From Octopus vulgaris (lineage: Eukaryota), in assembly GCA_951406725.2 (NCBI GenBank), contig OX597819.1, forward strand, positions 64,108,001 to 64,172,000: a stretch of 64,000 bases of DNA, read 5' to 3'. This document shows positions 42,081-59,059 of this stretch, piece after piece; the stretch's first letter is position 1; each line of letters opens with the position of its first letter. A program made the translations under genes and the position numbers. The notes below the pieces were generated by a model, which was given only the letters and a program-made list of their open reading frames with translations, was not told where the DNA came from and did no database searches.

Positions 42081-42841
42081 ATTATTTTCATTGGCTTCTG
42101 ATAAACTCTTGTTTATCTTGTTGTTACCTGCTTTCTACGTGTATGTTGTGCTTCCACACCATCGGCCGGGGATAATACAAGTAAAAGATACCGATAGTAT
42201 ATAGGGATATTTTATATTCTTAGCTGGTTATTTTAACCGCTAACTCTGTTCATATATAATATATATATTCATTTTATGTCATTCTTGATGTTACTAGTAC
42301 CGTAGTACCGTGTAAGCCAGCTCAAACTCCTACATGGTCAGACAGTCGCCGACTGAACTGATTTACGTACCTCGACTGCTCGGTAATGTGTGGGTCATTT
42401 TGTTGGACGCAATGTGAAAATATCGGAGGAATATCGATTCAATAACCATTCGTGTTTGTCTAGATAGCGCTAGGAGAAGGAAACACCTGATGTTACATCT
42501 GCGTTATATTCTGCAATTCTTGATTTGGGGCGCATCTTAAGGCATGAGCAAAATAGTAAATGGAAAAAGACTACGAAGAAGAAAAATCTCCCATCACCGT
42601 AGGAATAAAGCTTTTTGAATCACCACAGGCAGAGAAACGCTTTTTTACCGCACATGGGAATACGAGGTTTTTGTAGGACTGAAGGCAGTGAGGAAATTTT
42701 GTTGCTAGTGTCTGGGTGAGTAGTAAAACATTTGCATTACTTGGAATCAGGATGCACCCATAAAATATGTGTTTCTCTATACAAACTAGTAAATTCATGT
42801 CTACCTATCAATCTATCTATCTATTTATCTATCTATTTATC

Positions 42842-42917
<76 letters not shown>

Positions 42918-43019
42918 AATCTATCTATCTATCAATCTATCTATCTATATATCTATATATCTGTCTGTCTGTCTGTCTGTATGTCTGTCAGTCTGTCTGT
43001 CTGTCTGACTGTCTGCCTG

Positions 43020-43050
<31 letters not shown>

Positions 43051-43113
43051 ATCTGTCTGTCTCTGTGTCTCTCTATCTATCCCTACTTACTCTGCCACTT
43101 CTCTGTATTCTTT

Positions 43114-43155
<42 letters not shown>

Positions 43156-43587
43156 ACTTTGTTCATAAAACTTTGAATATATATATATATATATATATAT
43201 ACATACGACGAATTTAACAGTGAAATATACAGTAACCTCTCTTAAAGGGATCAACGTATTGCGTTTCTTATTTAAATGAGTTATGTATTTAGAAAATCTT
43301 CCTTCTGTCTATTTTTCTCAAGTGCTTTCCATTAATATTTTACTATATTTCTTGTATACGAGAGAGCAGTATACAAGATTAATGTATTCATATATCTATA
43401 GGTCACTCTTTGTTATCATCTCTACAATAACTCAGACCCATTGTCTGTGTTTATATATTATATACGCACATAGATATATAAGTTCCTAAACGCAGAGACA
43501 CTGACATTCACACACACATATGTATATGATTGGATGCGTGTGCATAACCTCATATATAACACGTGTGTGTATTTGAGTGTGTGTGTG

Positions 43588-43630
<43 letters not shown>

Positions 43631-43775
43631 ATTCATACGCATAATGCCCGAGACCTTTAACTAGGATAGTAAATTACTATTATTTATCTTCCTATCTATC
43701 TGCTGTTCCCTCTCGCTTTCTCTCCCTTTCGAATTATGCGCATATATGTACACACACACAAACACACTCATAAAT

Positions 43776-43808
<33 letters not shown>

Positions 43809-44419
43809 CACACACATATTCATGTAACGACACTTGTGTGCTACTTTTAATTCTTTCATTTTCTTTGTGTTTCAACCATATGACTAAGGTCATGCTGGAG
43901 CAGCTCTGTGACATTGTACCAGTTTTCACAGCCCTTTTATGTGATTGATTCTCTTACGTGGTGTGATTTCCTATCTCCAAATTCTTTTATTTATTTATTT
44001 TTTGGGGTTCAAAGTGTGCATGTTGGAATTTGATACTTCCAGCGCAGTCTGTACTTCATACAAGGACTTTAGTTCACCTCGTATCATAGATAGGATAATG
44101 TCCAATCTTTTCTTGAAGGTAAATGACGCCACCCTGCTGGCAGAAACGTTAGCACGCAGGGCGAAATGCTTTCCTTAGTTTCAGATGCTCACTGGGTTAG
44201 GAATATGTGTTTCCCTATTGAGGGTAACTCTTATTACAACTGCCAGATTTCTTTTCTATAAGAAGTAGCGTAGACATTCACATAGTCTACACGTCCAACG
44301 CATCGACCCCAGGACTTATTCTTTGTAAGCCTAGAACTTATTCCATCGGATCTCTTTTGCCGAACCGCAAAGTTTCGCGGACGTAAACACACTACTTGGT
44401 TGTCAAGCTTATAAACATA

Positions 44420-44608
44420 TGGTGTTCAAAACGTCTCTCTGCAGTAAGTATTTAATAGTTTTCGATCGATTCTTGTACGCTGCCACTCCACCTGCTCCCC
44501 AGAAAAAAGAGTCTGGTGATGTTAAATAAGGGGAGCGTGGTAGCCATAGTCTCTTCAAAATAATACGTTCACCAAAATACTGCGGAGAGACGTTCTAAAC
44601 AACCTGTA
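44420..44608 (-). mobile_element. Short Tc1/maT-like DNA transposon derivative
   Basis: Inverted ends ggtgttcaaaacgtctctctgcagta and tactgcggagagacgttctaaacaacc. Minus-strand WLPRSP.LTSPDSFFW. Confidence 0.7.
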
Positions 44609-44639
44609 TGAAATATATATACTCTTTTTTTACTATTTA

Positions 44640-45141
<502 letters not shown>

Positions 45142-46149
45142 GACGGACTTCTTCTTGAGCTTCTATCAACCAAATCCACTCACAAGACTTTGATTGGGCA
45201 AAAAACTATTGTAGAAGACACTAGCTCATGGTATCGCGAAGCAGGACTGAACTCGGAAACATGTGGTTGGGATGCAAGCTTCTTAACAGATGGCGACCAT
45301 GTGTGTATATATATATATATATATATATTGTTATGTACTATGCATGTATATGTGTAGGTTGATGTTTGTTTACATATGTATGAATGTGTATATTGGATAT
45401 ATTTTTGTGTGTTTAATCTATATAACTATTTCAATTACCTTTTTTTTTAATTTTATATCTTATATGTACACCATTCTTATATAGGTTTTAGTAATCATGG
45501 TATTTATGTTTGAAATTATAAGCTCATTTAAGCCTATTCTTTCACCTATTCTTAATCGCATATTCTTTGGTTTCAATTTTATCTCGACTTCTACTGCGTT
45601 GGCGCCGGAGTTCTAATTTTATTACATTGTATAGACATCTTCCATCTCTTTTGTTCTCAACGCTTTTCTCTCCCATAGCCTATACCCTATCGTTTAAGAA
45701 ACTCAATGCCATTGGCTACTTCACTTTATTTTGAAATATAGCTAGCTTACCGATACAGAATTTAATTGGTCGGGCAACCTAGATTTGTTCCCACACACTT
45801 TTTCCAATGTCGCTGAAGGTAGTACATTCTTCTTTTTGTATCGTTTCGACTATATATTGTAACCCGCATATGAAGGTACCTGAAGACGAACCAAGCCCAA
45901 AATATGTTACGATCTTAATTTACGTAACACAAGTGCAGATTGGATGGAAATAAATGCAGTACGTATTTGTCTTCTCCGTTCCCTACAACTATCAATTTAA
46001 TATCGTACAATAGCAATTTTCGTTCTCACACGATATTTGTATAATTCCGGTGATCGAAATCTATATCAAGTTCGACATTGGACGAGGTATGTAATAATTA
46101 GATTTGCTGATCGAGTGACATCTGCTTCATAGCATGTAATAATTCTTTT

Positions 46150-46525
46150 CTACTCTAGGCACAACGCCAAAATATTTGGGAAGGGAGCCAGTCGATTAGA
46201 TCGACCCCAGTATGCAACTGGTATTTAATTTATTCACTCCGAAAGGACGAATGGAAAAAATCAATCTCGGCTGAATTTGAACTCAGAACGTAAGAACGGA
46301 TCAAATGCCACTAAGGAATTTTCTGCCAGCTTCGGCTTTACCACGCCATCAAATAATAATTTTTAGTATAGTTACAAGGCCTGAAATTTATGGAGGGGCT
46401 AGTTGATTTCATAGACCCCAGTGTGTAAGTGGTAATTATTTATTCGTCGGCGAAACGATGAAAGGTAAAGTCGACATCGGTGGAATTAGAACTCAGAACG
46501 TAAGAACGGATCAAATGCCACTAAG
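46150..46525 (-). mobile_element. Two tandem partial SINE B copies
   Basis: Both share the identical variant actcagaacgtaagaacggatcaaatgccactaag, which implies local duplication or conversion. Confidence 0.75.
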
Positions 46526-46629
46526 AATTTGTTATACATACATAGATACATATATCTATACTTGCATACATATATATGTATATATATACACACATACTTT
46601 ATACACACACATATATATATATATATATA

Positions 46630-47090
<461 letters not shown>

Positions 47091-47175
47091 ACTTTGTACT
47101 TAGCAGTTTTGATCATTCTCATTTTCGTATTGTTTTCCCACCTTCTTCTGCATTTATGTGGTTACTTGAATATAT

Positions 47176-47278
<103 letters not shown>

Positions 47279-48219
47279 ATGTATCTATATATGTGTATAT
47301 ATCAACACATACATATATGTGTATCTCTGTGTTTGTATGTATGTTTATATGTATATACGTTAGACGCGGATGTGTGTGTGTGTGCTTCTGTTTAAATTCA
47401 CTGTCCAATTTTGTATTAGATTTTCGAAAAATTCTAATATCATTTTATATCACCTGTGTAGTTGAATTCATTATAACTATTGACTACGCTTTGAGAATGT
47501 GTGAAAAGATTTTATTAAATTCGTACATCTAGATTTTTCTCATTGCTTTAGAATTAGAGATATAATAGAGACAAGATTAAATTAGGATGAATTTTACATA
47601 AAGATTAAAATAATAACAGTACATGATTTAGTTTGTTATGTGAGTCAATACTAAAATATATTACGGCAACATTTTAAATTTTACATAGACTTAAGTGAGG
47701 AAGAGTAAATCGTTCAATACTAATTCCTTCACGTTTAAGTATTTCTGGGAAAGATGTTACTGAGTTCAATTTAGTTTGTCTCAGTCTACGTTATAAATAT
47801 AGACGCCGTTCAGCAGACAAACAACACGTTATGTCTACATTCGCAATGACACACATTGCTTTTACGCAAGGAATAACATATTTAAATGCCATTATATCTA
47901 TCTATATATCTATCTATTTTTACACTTCTATCTTAACGTGCTGACTCTGTAGACGATAGCATATTTAATTGCCGTTTCCTTTTTTTTTCACTCGATTAAT
48001 CAAAGGAATCATGATCATATCTAAAATGCATATTTGAAACAGCTGCAAATCTACAATTATTTATTCCTTTTCTTGAATATGTCCCAATGTAAACGTACCG
48101 AATTAATGTGTAAATGCAACATGGATTTACAAATACACCTGGTGATGGGCATGGGCACCTGGAAGTTACTATTTTATATAAATATATTACTACTATATAT
48201 ATATATATATATATATTAC

Positions 48220-48260
<41 letters not shown>

Positions 48261-48686
48261 AAAGAAACAGACCTCACATTGCGCTACATGAATGTATCAA
48301 GGATTGAACATTCACAAGGCGAATGATTACACCCAACGGAAACTAGATGAAAGCTTAACGGACGGGAGTTATAGACACAGGCACGGTACATGGAATATTC
48401 GCAGCTGAGTTTTCCTCGTCATTCAATGAGCCAAAATATCATCGTGGTTTCGCACCATAATCATTGAGACCATTCAATCTTGGAGGTGCGAGTGCTAATA
48501 TTTATGCTACTTTGAAAAAGCTTGCTACTATAGGCTGAGACAAAAATAAACAAGACAATATACAAATACAACAGAAAGAGCTGCTTGTCCGTTAAGTTTT
48601 CGTCCAGCTTTACGTTTGCTCTCCTTTCATCTTACTTTTTCTCCCTGTTGTGTTCTGTCTGTTCAATCCTTGATATATGTATGTAA

Positions 48687-48727
<41 letters not shown>

Positions 48728-48732
<5 letters not shown>

Positions 48733-49711
48733 CCTTAAAATCCTTAAAAATGTTTCAGCCCGAAATCTTCGGCCATGCTGGTGCACCACCGTTGAATGAG
48801 CAACACTAGTATGTGAAATCACCTCTGATACATGACACTTGGTCAACAAGGTAGTTCGACGCCGCTGCTCGCATCTGTGTTTCCTGCGGAGATGTAGGTT
48901 CATCTAGAACCCCTGACAAGAAAGATCCAGTTTAGTTTTAAAGAAACCCACATCCACACCATGCAGGTCTCTCAGGCATTTAGGAAGGATATTGAAGAGC
49001 TGTGGCCCCTGAAACCCAACCTGCTGCAGTATCCGGTGCTGTATTTTGATGGTGATGTTTGGATCCTCGGCACCATGCAGTGGCGCCCGGTGCTGCTGTT
49101 TGGGTAACTTTCAATGCCAAACTTCGGGACAAGAACCTCCAGGATCTTCCAGATGTATATCACTGCATATCTCTCCCGCCTTTGCTCCATGGAGAAGAGT
49201 TTTAATACTTTCAGTCTTTCCCAGTTGCATTGAGACGATCTTCTTAGTGTAGATTCGTTGGATTGCTTCGAGTTCTGCTGTTAACTTTATATTGTGATGT
49301 GCTCATAGTTGGGAGCAGGAGTCCAAGCGGCTGAGGACGAAAGTTTTCCAAAGGACCATTAGTGTCTCCTTCTCTCTTGTTCTGAAAGTTCGGAGGATCA
49401 ATCCAACTAGCCGTCTGCATTTTATTACCAAAATAGCAATAAACACTTGGGAAAATGCATCATTGCTTATACCAATGTCCAGGTCACGCACTGATTTTTA
49501 CTCAGGAATTGCAATTCTTCCTAGACCAGTGTATCCTGTCTGCATGTCGTTCACTTTTGTGTGCCGGTAGCGCATAGCTTGGAGCTTCCGTGCATTAAAC
49601 TGCATGTTGTTGTCCTTAGCCCACCTGTATATTGTATCCAACTCCCGTTGCAGATGTGCAATATTTCCAGGGTTTTGTATTGTCTGAGAGGCTTTTGTGT
49701 CATCAGCATAG

Positions 49712-49712
<1 letters not shown>
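48728..49712 (-). mobile_element. 5'-truncated CR1-group LINE (RT C-terminus, 3' UTR, tandem tail)
   Basis: Starts at SYADDTK (about 49712), then DLDIGISND..ILRTFRTR..LWKTFVLSRLDSCSQL and RRERYAVIYIWKIL. The 3' end is ggtgcaccagcatggcc..ctgaaaca + (TTAAGGAT)2. Confidence 0.85.
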
Positions 49713-49791
<79 letters not shown>

Positions 49792-49802
49792 TTATCTATC
49801 TA

Positions 49803-49842
<40 letters not shown>

Positions 49843-50495
49843 TATATATATGAGTATATGTATGTGTGTGTGTTTGTAATCACACATACCTATACATATT
49901 CCTATTTCGGGGGTAAAAGAAAACATCCTTGTTTTCGTTTGCCGACGTTCATCATACCAAATTTTATAGAAGCACATTTGAAATATTAGCTCTATTATGA
50001 TCCACTAAAAATTCTGAGAGCCATCATTCCAGATTAGTATCATTTCAATATAAGCTCATTAAATTAGCAACTATATGTGCAGTACCTGATCATTGCCCGA
50101 ATTTCCATTCATGGAGTAAAATTGCATGGTCATTAACCTTTAAATATCATATGAAATTGTTTGTCGCTTTCCGGAAAATGATACAAAAGTTATATGTTAT
50201 CTTCATTTGGAATATTACGATTATTTCAATAGATTTATGATACTGTTGAGATTCCACAAAACGTACAGGATATCTAAGAATTTTTCAGACGTCAATAAAG
50301 TGAAGCATGTGTGTGGTAGGATAAAGTACATTTCTTGGCTATTAAAAAAAGTGGTAAAAATGAAAAATACAGAACTGGAACGAAAAATGCTTGAAACATC
50401 GGAAGAACATCTACATTCTGTACTCACACACGCACACACACATATATGCACATGCGTAAACAAATACATATACACATACGTTTGTGTATGTATAC

Positions 50496-50595
<100 letters not shown>

Positions 50596-50704
50596 GCGGA
50601 AAATACACTCCCTAACTACGCGCTAAAAAGCTATTTAAAATATCCACATGACGTCTACTGACCAGCCTGAACAATAAGAATTTTCAACACTATTTTCGAA
50701 AATT

Positions 50705-50912
50705 CTAAACATTCACGTGACCTCTTTATTATGGCCAATAAGAAATTTTAGGCGGGACACTAGCCAAATTTTAACTTCTCTGGAGCCTTTTTTCTTACCC
50801 CAACACCAACTTCCATTCAAACATTCACGTGACCCCTTCATAATGACCAATCAAAATTTTAGGCGCGAAACCAAGCAAATCCCAAACAACTCTGGAGCCT
50901 CTTTTTTTCACA
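50705..50912 (+). repeat. Two ~112-bp tandem units
   Basis: aaacattcacgtgacc..at.atg.ccaat..aa.ttttaggcg..ctctggagcct occurs at 50707 and 50819. Confidence 0.7.
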
Positions 50913-51085
50913 TATAAGAGACAGACTCTAATCTCTCTTTTATATTTTGATAAGCATAACAAATGCGCAACCGGTAAAAAGAACTTTCACCTAATTAAAT
51001 TACTTAAATTACTTCAATTATTTGTCAGCATTTTCTTCATTTCCTTTTTTATATATCACCACTCGTGTTCGACATCTCCTTTTTT

Positions 51086-51152
<67 letters not shown>

Positions 51153-51183
51153 GTATATATATGTATATATATATATGTATATA

Positions 51184-51239
<56 letters not shown>

Positions 51240-51267
51240 TATTTAAGCATGTACCTACGTATATATG

Positions 51268-51308
<41 letters not shown>

Positions 51309-51347
51309 GTATAAGCATTTATATGCTTATACACACCTGTATGTGTA

Positions 51348-52813
51348 TACGAGTGTGGAATCAGAAGTTGGTAGGCTGACTATAAAGGAGTGACATTAGA
51401 ACTGTAAAATCTTGCATGCGTTCATTTCAATCTTTCTTACTATTAACTCCATTGTTTGTTTCCAGGTAAACGGACGTCTAGCACTAAAAAGATTTCAAAT
51501 GTACACGACTGCTGCGTTTTCTTGAAAATCGACATAATTCGGCATCGTGCTGTTTATTAATTATATCCAAAGTGTTTAGTTCCGAAGGACATTCATGCTG
51601 ACGTTGTTTCTACATCATGAGATGCCCCCCCCCCCCCCAGCTTTATCAACTGTGCAAAGGTGAGCAGCTGAATTAAGAATGGGAAGGAATCATCTTGAAA
51701 ATGACTCACGATATGGGCATCCTGAAACTGACAACACAGACGAAAACGTTGATCGTCTTAACAACAGCGTGATGGATGACATACGATTGGCTATAAATCA
51801 ACGAGCCAACGCTAGTAGCATATCCCGTGGGACAGTTCAGAATATTCTTATTTCTTTATTGCCCACAAGGGGCTCAACATAGAGGGGACAAACAAGGGCA
51901 GACAAACGGATTTAGTCGATTACATCGATCCCAGTGCGTAACTGGTACTTCATTTATCGCCCCCGAAAGGATGAAAGGCAAAGTCGACCTTGGCGGAATT
52001 TGGACTCAGAACGTAACGGCAGACGAAATACCGCTAAGCATTCATACGGCGTGCTAACGTTTCCGCCAGTTTGCCGCCTTGTCCTGAATATTCTTTACAA
52101 TGAACTTGGCCTGACCAAGGTTTCTGCTTGGCGCGTGCCATGTCTTTTGACATCTGATCAAGAGAGCACCAGACTGATCACATCTTGAGAAAATCTGAAA
52201 TTGTGTGAGGCAGATCTAGCTACCTTAATTGAACGTTTTCGAACCAAGGATGAATGCAAAGGTATTATCCACGGAAGGCCAACGTAGTTTCAATTTCTGG
52301 GAAGTTGATGGCATCAGTTTCATTTTGTAATTCAAAAGGTATTGTCTTTGAATATCTTGAAAAGGGATTCGCCACCAGTGGAGACTATAATTCCAAATTG
52401 CTAGAGCAGTTACGAAAAGCTGTCAAGACCAAACGTCCAGAAACACCGAAGAAAATGGTCTTGATTCTTCACGACAAAAATTCAACACACAAGCCCTTAC
52501 TTTCAATAGTATCTGAGTCTTAATGGCTTTAAACTGATTGATCACTCCCCACTACTCTCCTGATTCGGCCCCATCTGATCTTCAAGACGAGAATAAACTT
52601 GGCTGGAGACCAGTAGCGTAGCGTTGATGACGTCGTATTTGCTGTTCATGACATTTTTACCAACAGGAAGAAAGCTTTTCTAATAATGGGATCCAAGCAT
52701 AAATGGAAGAGGTCTATGGACCACAAAGAGACTTTGTTGAAAACTAAACCTCCTTTGGTTACATTTAATTAGCGCATGTTGGGCAGTCTGTGAAAGTGTA
52801 ACACGGCCCTCGT
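51348..52813 (+). mobile_element. Decayed near-full-length mariner transposon interrupted by a SINE
   Basis: GRNHLENDSRYGHP, ELGLTKVSAWRVPCLLT (WVPHEL motif), GKLMASV..EYLEKG..LRKAVKTKRP..ILHD and YSPDSAPSD. Ends tacgag.. and ..ccctcgt. Confidence 0.85.
51850..52080 (-). mobile_element. SINE family B nested in the mariner, with TSD
   Basis: Full-length copy flanked by gttcagaatattctt and gtcctgaatattctt. Confidence 0.9.
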
Positions 52814-53834
52814 TTAGTTTTAGTTTCAAGATACGTTTCGCAGCTGCTCTGCATCATGTATGATATTTCAGCCATCTGACAAGTTTATCGATTTTTCAGT
52901 ATCATTCACCCTCATCTAATTGACCTGGCCAGCGTTGATAAAGACCCAGCCTGCATCGGATTAGCAGCAAACCTTTTGTCTGCTCCCTTTTACACAAAAC
53001 CACCTAATTACCTCTGTGTAAAGGGAAAGGTAATTACAGAGAATCAGTTGATATTTATAATTATGGAAATAAATATCTGATTATTGTACTAATAGATGCT
53101 CCTACATGTACCAGGAAGAGGGGTGGTTTATAAATGTTCAACTTATAATATTTCCATTATTGAAGGAGGCGAACTTGTAGAATCGTTAGCACCCCAGAAA
53201 TAACAAGAAATGTGAACTACATGGAATTTCAGGAAACCTGTAGTCTTCATATTTAATTATTTTTCAAAATAACATATTTCATATGTTTCTAGCCCTGTTA
53301 TTGTAGCAGAATACAACGAGAAAATAGCGGTTCACCTATTGTACAAAAATCCACATTTGAAAAATAAATGCGGTCACATTCCCGAATGATTTATACTAAA
53401 ATAATTATAGCGTAATAGGTAATGAGAAATTCATGCAGGTTTGGCATTTACAAAAAAGATATTTTGCCCCGCGCACACAAGGTGCTTATATCTTAATCTT
53501 GTATATTGACACGGTTACTACCTTCCAAGAATATTCGTTATTTTTCGCTGTGCAGGAAAAAATGCCAAACTCCATTTTTTTTATTTTGATGCAACCACAC
53601 CTCTCACGTCGTACTTTGTTTACAATACTCGAGAATTTTTTATTAAATTTGAAAGGTCTCTGCTTCATGTAAACGTCATATAAATTTCAACAAAAGAGTA
53701 GCGGATGTTCTACCTGGCATGAAAAGTCATATGTTGGTTCGTACAGTCGACAATATAAATGGAGAATTATATATATATACATAAATGTATGTAACATACT
53801 GTAATATAATATATAATATAAAATAGCATTGTAT

Positions 53835-53990
53835 AAGAAGTGGCCTTGTGATAAGTAGCTTACTTACCAACCACATTGTTCAGTCCCACTGCGTGGAAAT
53901 TTGGACGAGTGTCTTCTACTATAGCCTCGGGCCGACTTAAGCGTTGTGAGTGGGTTTCGTAGACGGACGCAGGAAGAAGACCGCCGTATT
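53835..53990 (+). mobile_element. SINE family A head (tail at about 54780-55022, separated by nested insertions)
   Basis: The head matches 18881. Its internal (TA)n hosts the foldback element and a SINE B. Confidence 0.75.
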
Positions 53991-54005
53991 TATATATATA
54001 TATAC

Positions 54006-54532
<527 letters not shown>

Positions 54533-54535
<3 letters not shown>

Positions 54536-54762
54536 CGGAGAGCTGGCAGAAACGTTAGCACGCCCGGCGAAATGCTTAGCGGTATTTTATCTGCCGTTAC
54601 GTTGTGAGTTCAAATTCAGCCGAGGTCGACTTTACCTTTCATCCTTTCGGGGTCGATAAATTAAGTACCAGTTACGCACTGGGGTCGATGTAATCGACTT
54701 AATACCTATGTCTGTCCTTGTTTGTCCCCTCTGTGTTTAGCCCCTTGTGGGTAATAAAGAAA
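54533..54762 (+). mobile_element. SINE family B, full length
   Basis: aggcggagagctggcagaaacgttagc..gagttcaaattc..cctttcatcctttcggggtcgataaattaagtaccag..aataaagaaata. Confidence 0.9.
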
Positions 54763-54765
54763 TAC

Positions 54766-54846
<81 letters not shown>

Positions 54847-55486
54847 TCCCCAACCATCGCTTGGCAACCGATGTTGGTATGTTTACGGCCCGTAACCTAA
54901 CGTTTCGGCAAAAGAGACCGATAGAATAAGTACTAGGCTTACAAAGCATAAGTCCTGGGGTTGTCTTGTTGGACTAAAATGCCGGTGCTCCAGTATGGCC
55001 TCAATCAGAAACAAATAAAAGAATATAATATATAATATTACATTACACTATATTATATATTGTTTTTATATCTTTTATATACTATAAAAGTATATAATTT
55101 ATATACTATATGAGTAAATAATTTATCCTCTAACTTTAGTTTAATAGGAGGACGTAAATGTGTGTGTACGTGCCCCTGTGAGTAGGTGTGTGAGTGCGTA
55201 AGATACATACAAAACTTCTCAGGTTTCAAATGTTTTCGGTATCTCCAATCCAACGATGTTGGCTTCGTATCTTTGTTAGAAACCAGATTCTTTTGCAAAG
55301 GAAGAATGAAAAAGAATAAAAGTAGAAAAGAACATGCATACATACGTACATACATACATACATACATACATACATACATACATACATACATACATACATA
55401 CATACATACATACATACGTACATATATAGATACATGCATGCATGCATGCATACATACATACATAGATACATACTTATGGATATGTT

Positions 55487-55962
<476 letters not shown>

Positions 55963-57469
55963 ATGTTACATGTCTGTGTGTATGTAAGTTTAGCTTAAAA
56001 CTCTAACATTTTACATTAATTATACACTCTCCAGAAGGCCACAACTAACAGAAACATATCAGCAAAGCAAATATTCTTAGAAGCGCCTCGAAACTATTCA
56101 CCAAATATTAGAAACATCTGCATTAATGCATGTAATACAAAGTACATATAGAGTGATATTAAAACACCATTAAATGTTAAATATGCTTATATATTATCAG
56201 AAATCCAAACGGAGGTAACTGTACATAAAAATATTTTATATAATTTATGATGAGCATACTGTAATTTAAGACAAGTGTATTTGTTGAAAGTGACAATATA
56301 CACATACGCAAACTTTCAGAAATAGACAAATAGAGAAGCAGATACGTGTGTGTGGTTTTTTGTGCGCATTTGTTTCTGAAAGTGTGTGCTTAAACGTGGA
56401 AGTTATGGAGAATATTTAGCGCAAATGTTTAATTTCTTAATCTTTATATGCACATGCAATTATGTTAAACTATGTTATTCAGTGAATATTTATACTGTCT
56501 AGACAATAGACTCTGAATGACATAAGTAGTAAATAAATTATTGCATATACTATATGGAGAATAAATAAAATGTGTTGGTAGAAACTTAACTGTTGAAAAG
56601 ATTGTCACGATAACCTCAACGGAGTGAGACTTATAGACTTCAGTTCAAAATACATCGCAGTTTGGAGAGAAGTAGATGTGAGGGAATAAACTAGGGCAGA
56701 ATAATCTTAATGCTAACAGGTTACGTGTAACATTAAGTTTAAACAACGACTTGTTGTGGGTAACTCAGTCTCTGAACAGACACATTTAATATTAATTCTC
56801 AACAATTTGAAAAGCTGCGCATATTCCATTGACGGAGAGAAACAATGAGATTACAGGAGACGAAATACATTAATATATAAATTCATGTACATGTGAATCA
56901 GTATATTATATTATTAAATGAAAATAGCGTTTCAAAGTTTTCTCACAAAGACAGACTTCTGCGAGTATAGTTAGAAAAGGCAGCTGGTTGATATAAATAT
57001 TATATAACGGCGTCGTTATTCAACATATTCTCAACAACTCATTTAATAATTATATCTGATTAGTTAATTATAGGCATCATCCTATTAAATGTTTGCTTCA
57101 ATCCACAATGTATACATAAATAAGTCGTAATACATAGAAAATACCGTTGAGGTCAGAAACTAGTAGAAAAAATAGATGTTTTGATATGACCCTCAGTTTA
57201 GGACCCAATCGTAGATAGACAAATATCTAAATTTATTACCCTTGGAATGTATTTAACAGAATGCATATAAGATTTTGTATAAGAAGGAAAAAGAAAATAT
57301 GTACGTTTGCTTTGTGCATTTTGCTCAGTGCAAATCTAAATCCTCTAAAACCAGGCAGAAGCCTACTTCAAATAGGAACAACCATTCGGCTGGGATTCAA
57401 TCAACACAAATAGCTATTCTTTAAACTAATTACTGTAGAGTAATAAATTGGGTATATTATCAACATACG

Positions 57470-57900
57470 TTCGATGTAGTAAGTTTTATTCCCACCAACC
57501 ACGTTCGGAGTTCATCCCAGTGCGTAGTGCCTAGGTCAAGTGTCTTCTACTACAGTCTCGGGCCGACCAAAGTCTTAGTAGTGGATGTAGTTGGCATAAA
57601 CTAAAATAAGTTCGTCGTGTGTGTGACGACGTGTGTGTGTACAGACAGACAGAAACACACATACGTGCATGTGTTTGCGTCTTTGTGTTTGTGTTTTCGT
57701 CCTCCACGGCCACTGGACAACTAGTGGTTCTATGTATACGTTCCCATAAGCTAGCCGTTCCGATTAAGAAAGCGTTGAAATATGTAGTTGGCTTCAAATA
57801 AAAGCTCTGGAATCAATTCTTTCGAATAAAATAATTTAAGGCGGTGCTCCAGCGTGGCCACAGTCTAATGTGTGAAAACAGTAAACGATAAAACATAAAA
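57470..57900 (+). mobile_element. SINE family A, diverged
   Basis: caagtgtcttctactacagtctcgggccgaccaaag..ggcggtgctccagcgtggcc. Confidence 0.8.
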
Positions 57901-58849
57901 GATGACATACATAACATACCTTATCTAACCGTTAATATACTTAAATATAAATTCCACTAACTTTCTTACTAAATAACCGCATCCTATTTTCTAATGGCAT
58001 AGCGATGGTAAAAATTTAAAATTTTCTATCATATAAAACCTTCCAATAAACATAATCTGCTAAATCTTATGTTGGTAACAAAAAATATCGTGCCTCAGTT
58101 TCCAGAAGGAAATATCTGAAATATAATTTTTATAATACGATTTTCCAAATAGGCATTCTTAAGGTATCTTCGCGTGTCTCAGGCAGCTTTCAAAAGTTTT
58201 CCATGTATAGCTGATTTTTTTTTATCTAACCGATTTCGGAAAATTCAATTACTAAGCGTCATTTCACGGAATTATACTCGGGTACGCTCTTTACCATATC
58301 GTTATGCACAAAACGTTTGATCGTATTACGCAGATGGAATTTTCTTTTCTATACTTCAGACATATATAATGCACATGCGCATTTTAGTAAGCCTTTCCAT
58401 ACGAGTATAATAGTAAGTGAGTATATATATGCATCAAGATGTCTGTGTACACACATACACACACACAAAATACACACATACGCAAACACACGCACACACA
58501 TATACACATATGTATGCCTATATTTATGTGTTCAAAATAAAGCAAAAAGGGGTCCCCATAACAACATGTAAACTATATAATATCTCTGCACATTTGCTGC
58601 TCAGGAGGTATCGATTCCAAAATCTCGGAATAAATGTGCCGGCGAGGGCAAAAGCACATGTTCCGTATTTGATAACCTGGATTTTTAACCATTCTTGTCT
58701 AAATTCTTATTTTTGAAGAGCTCTCTGCCACTTTGATATGTGTATTTTAATTTACGTAATGAACCACATACTCTTAGAATTACTATTCCTGCAGTACCAA
58801 ATAGGATGAGGATAAAATGTCTGATATCCCGATGTGAAAGTACAGCGTA

Positions 58850-59035
58850 AGGCGGCGGAATAGGTAAAGTACTTAGCAGCGTTTCGTCCGCCTCAGATCA
58901 AATGCCGATGATGTCGACTTTACTTTTCATCTTTTGGGGTCAATGAAATAAAGTACCAGCTGGACACTGGACTCAGAGTAATCGACTTACACCTTCCCGT
59001 GATCTTGGTGTTCTTGTATCAACATTTGAGACCAT
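58850..59035 (+). mobile_element. SINE family B, diverged
   Basis: aaggcggcg..gtcgactttacttttcatcttttggggtcaatgaaataaagtaccag. Confidence 0.7.
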
Positions 59036-59059
59036 TAATGAATGTAGAGCTTTGAATAT

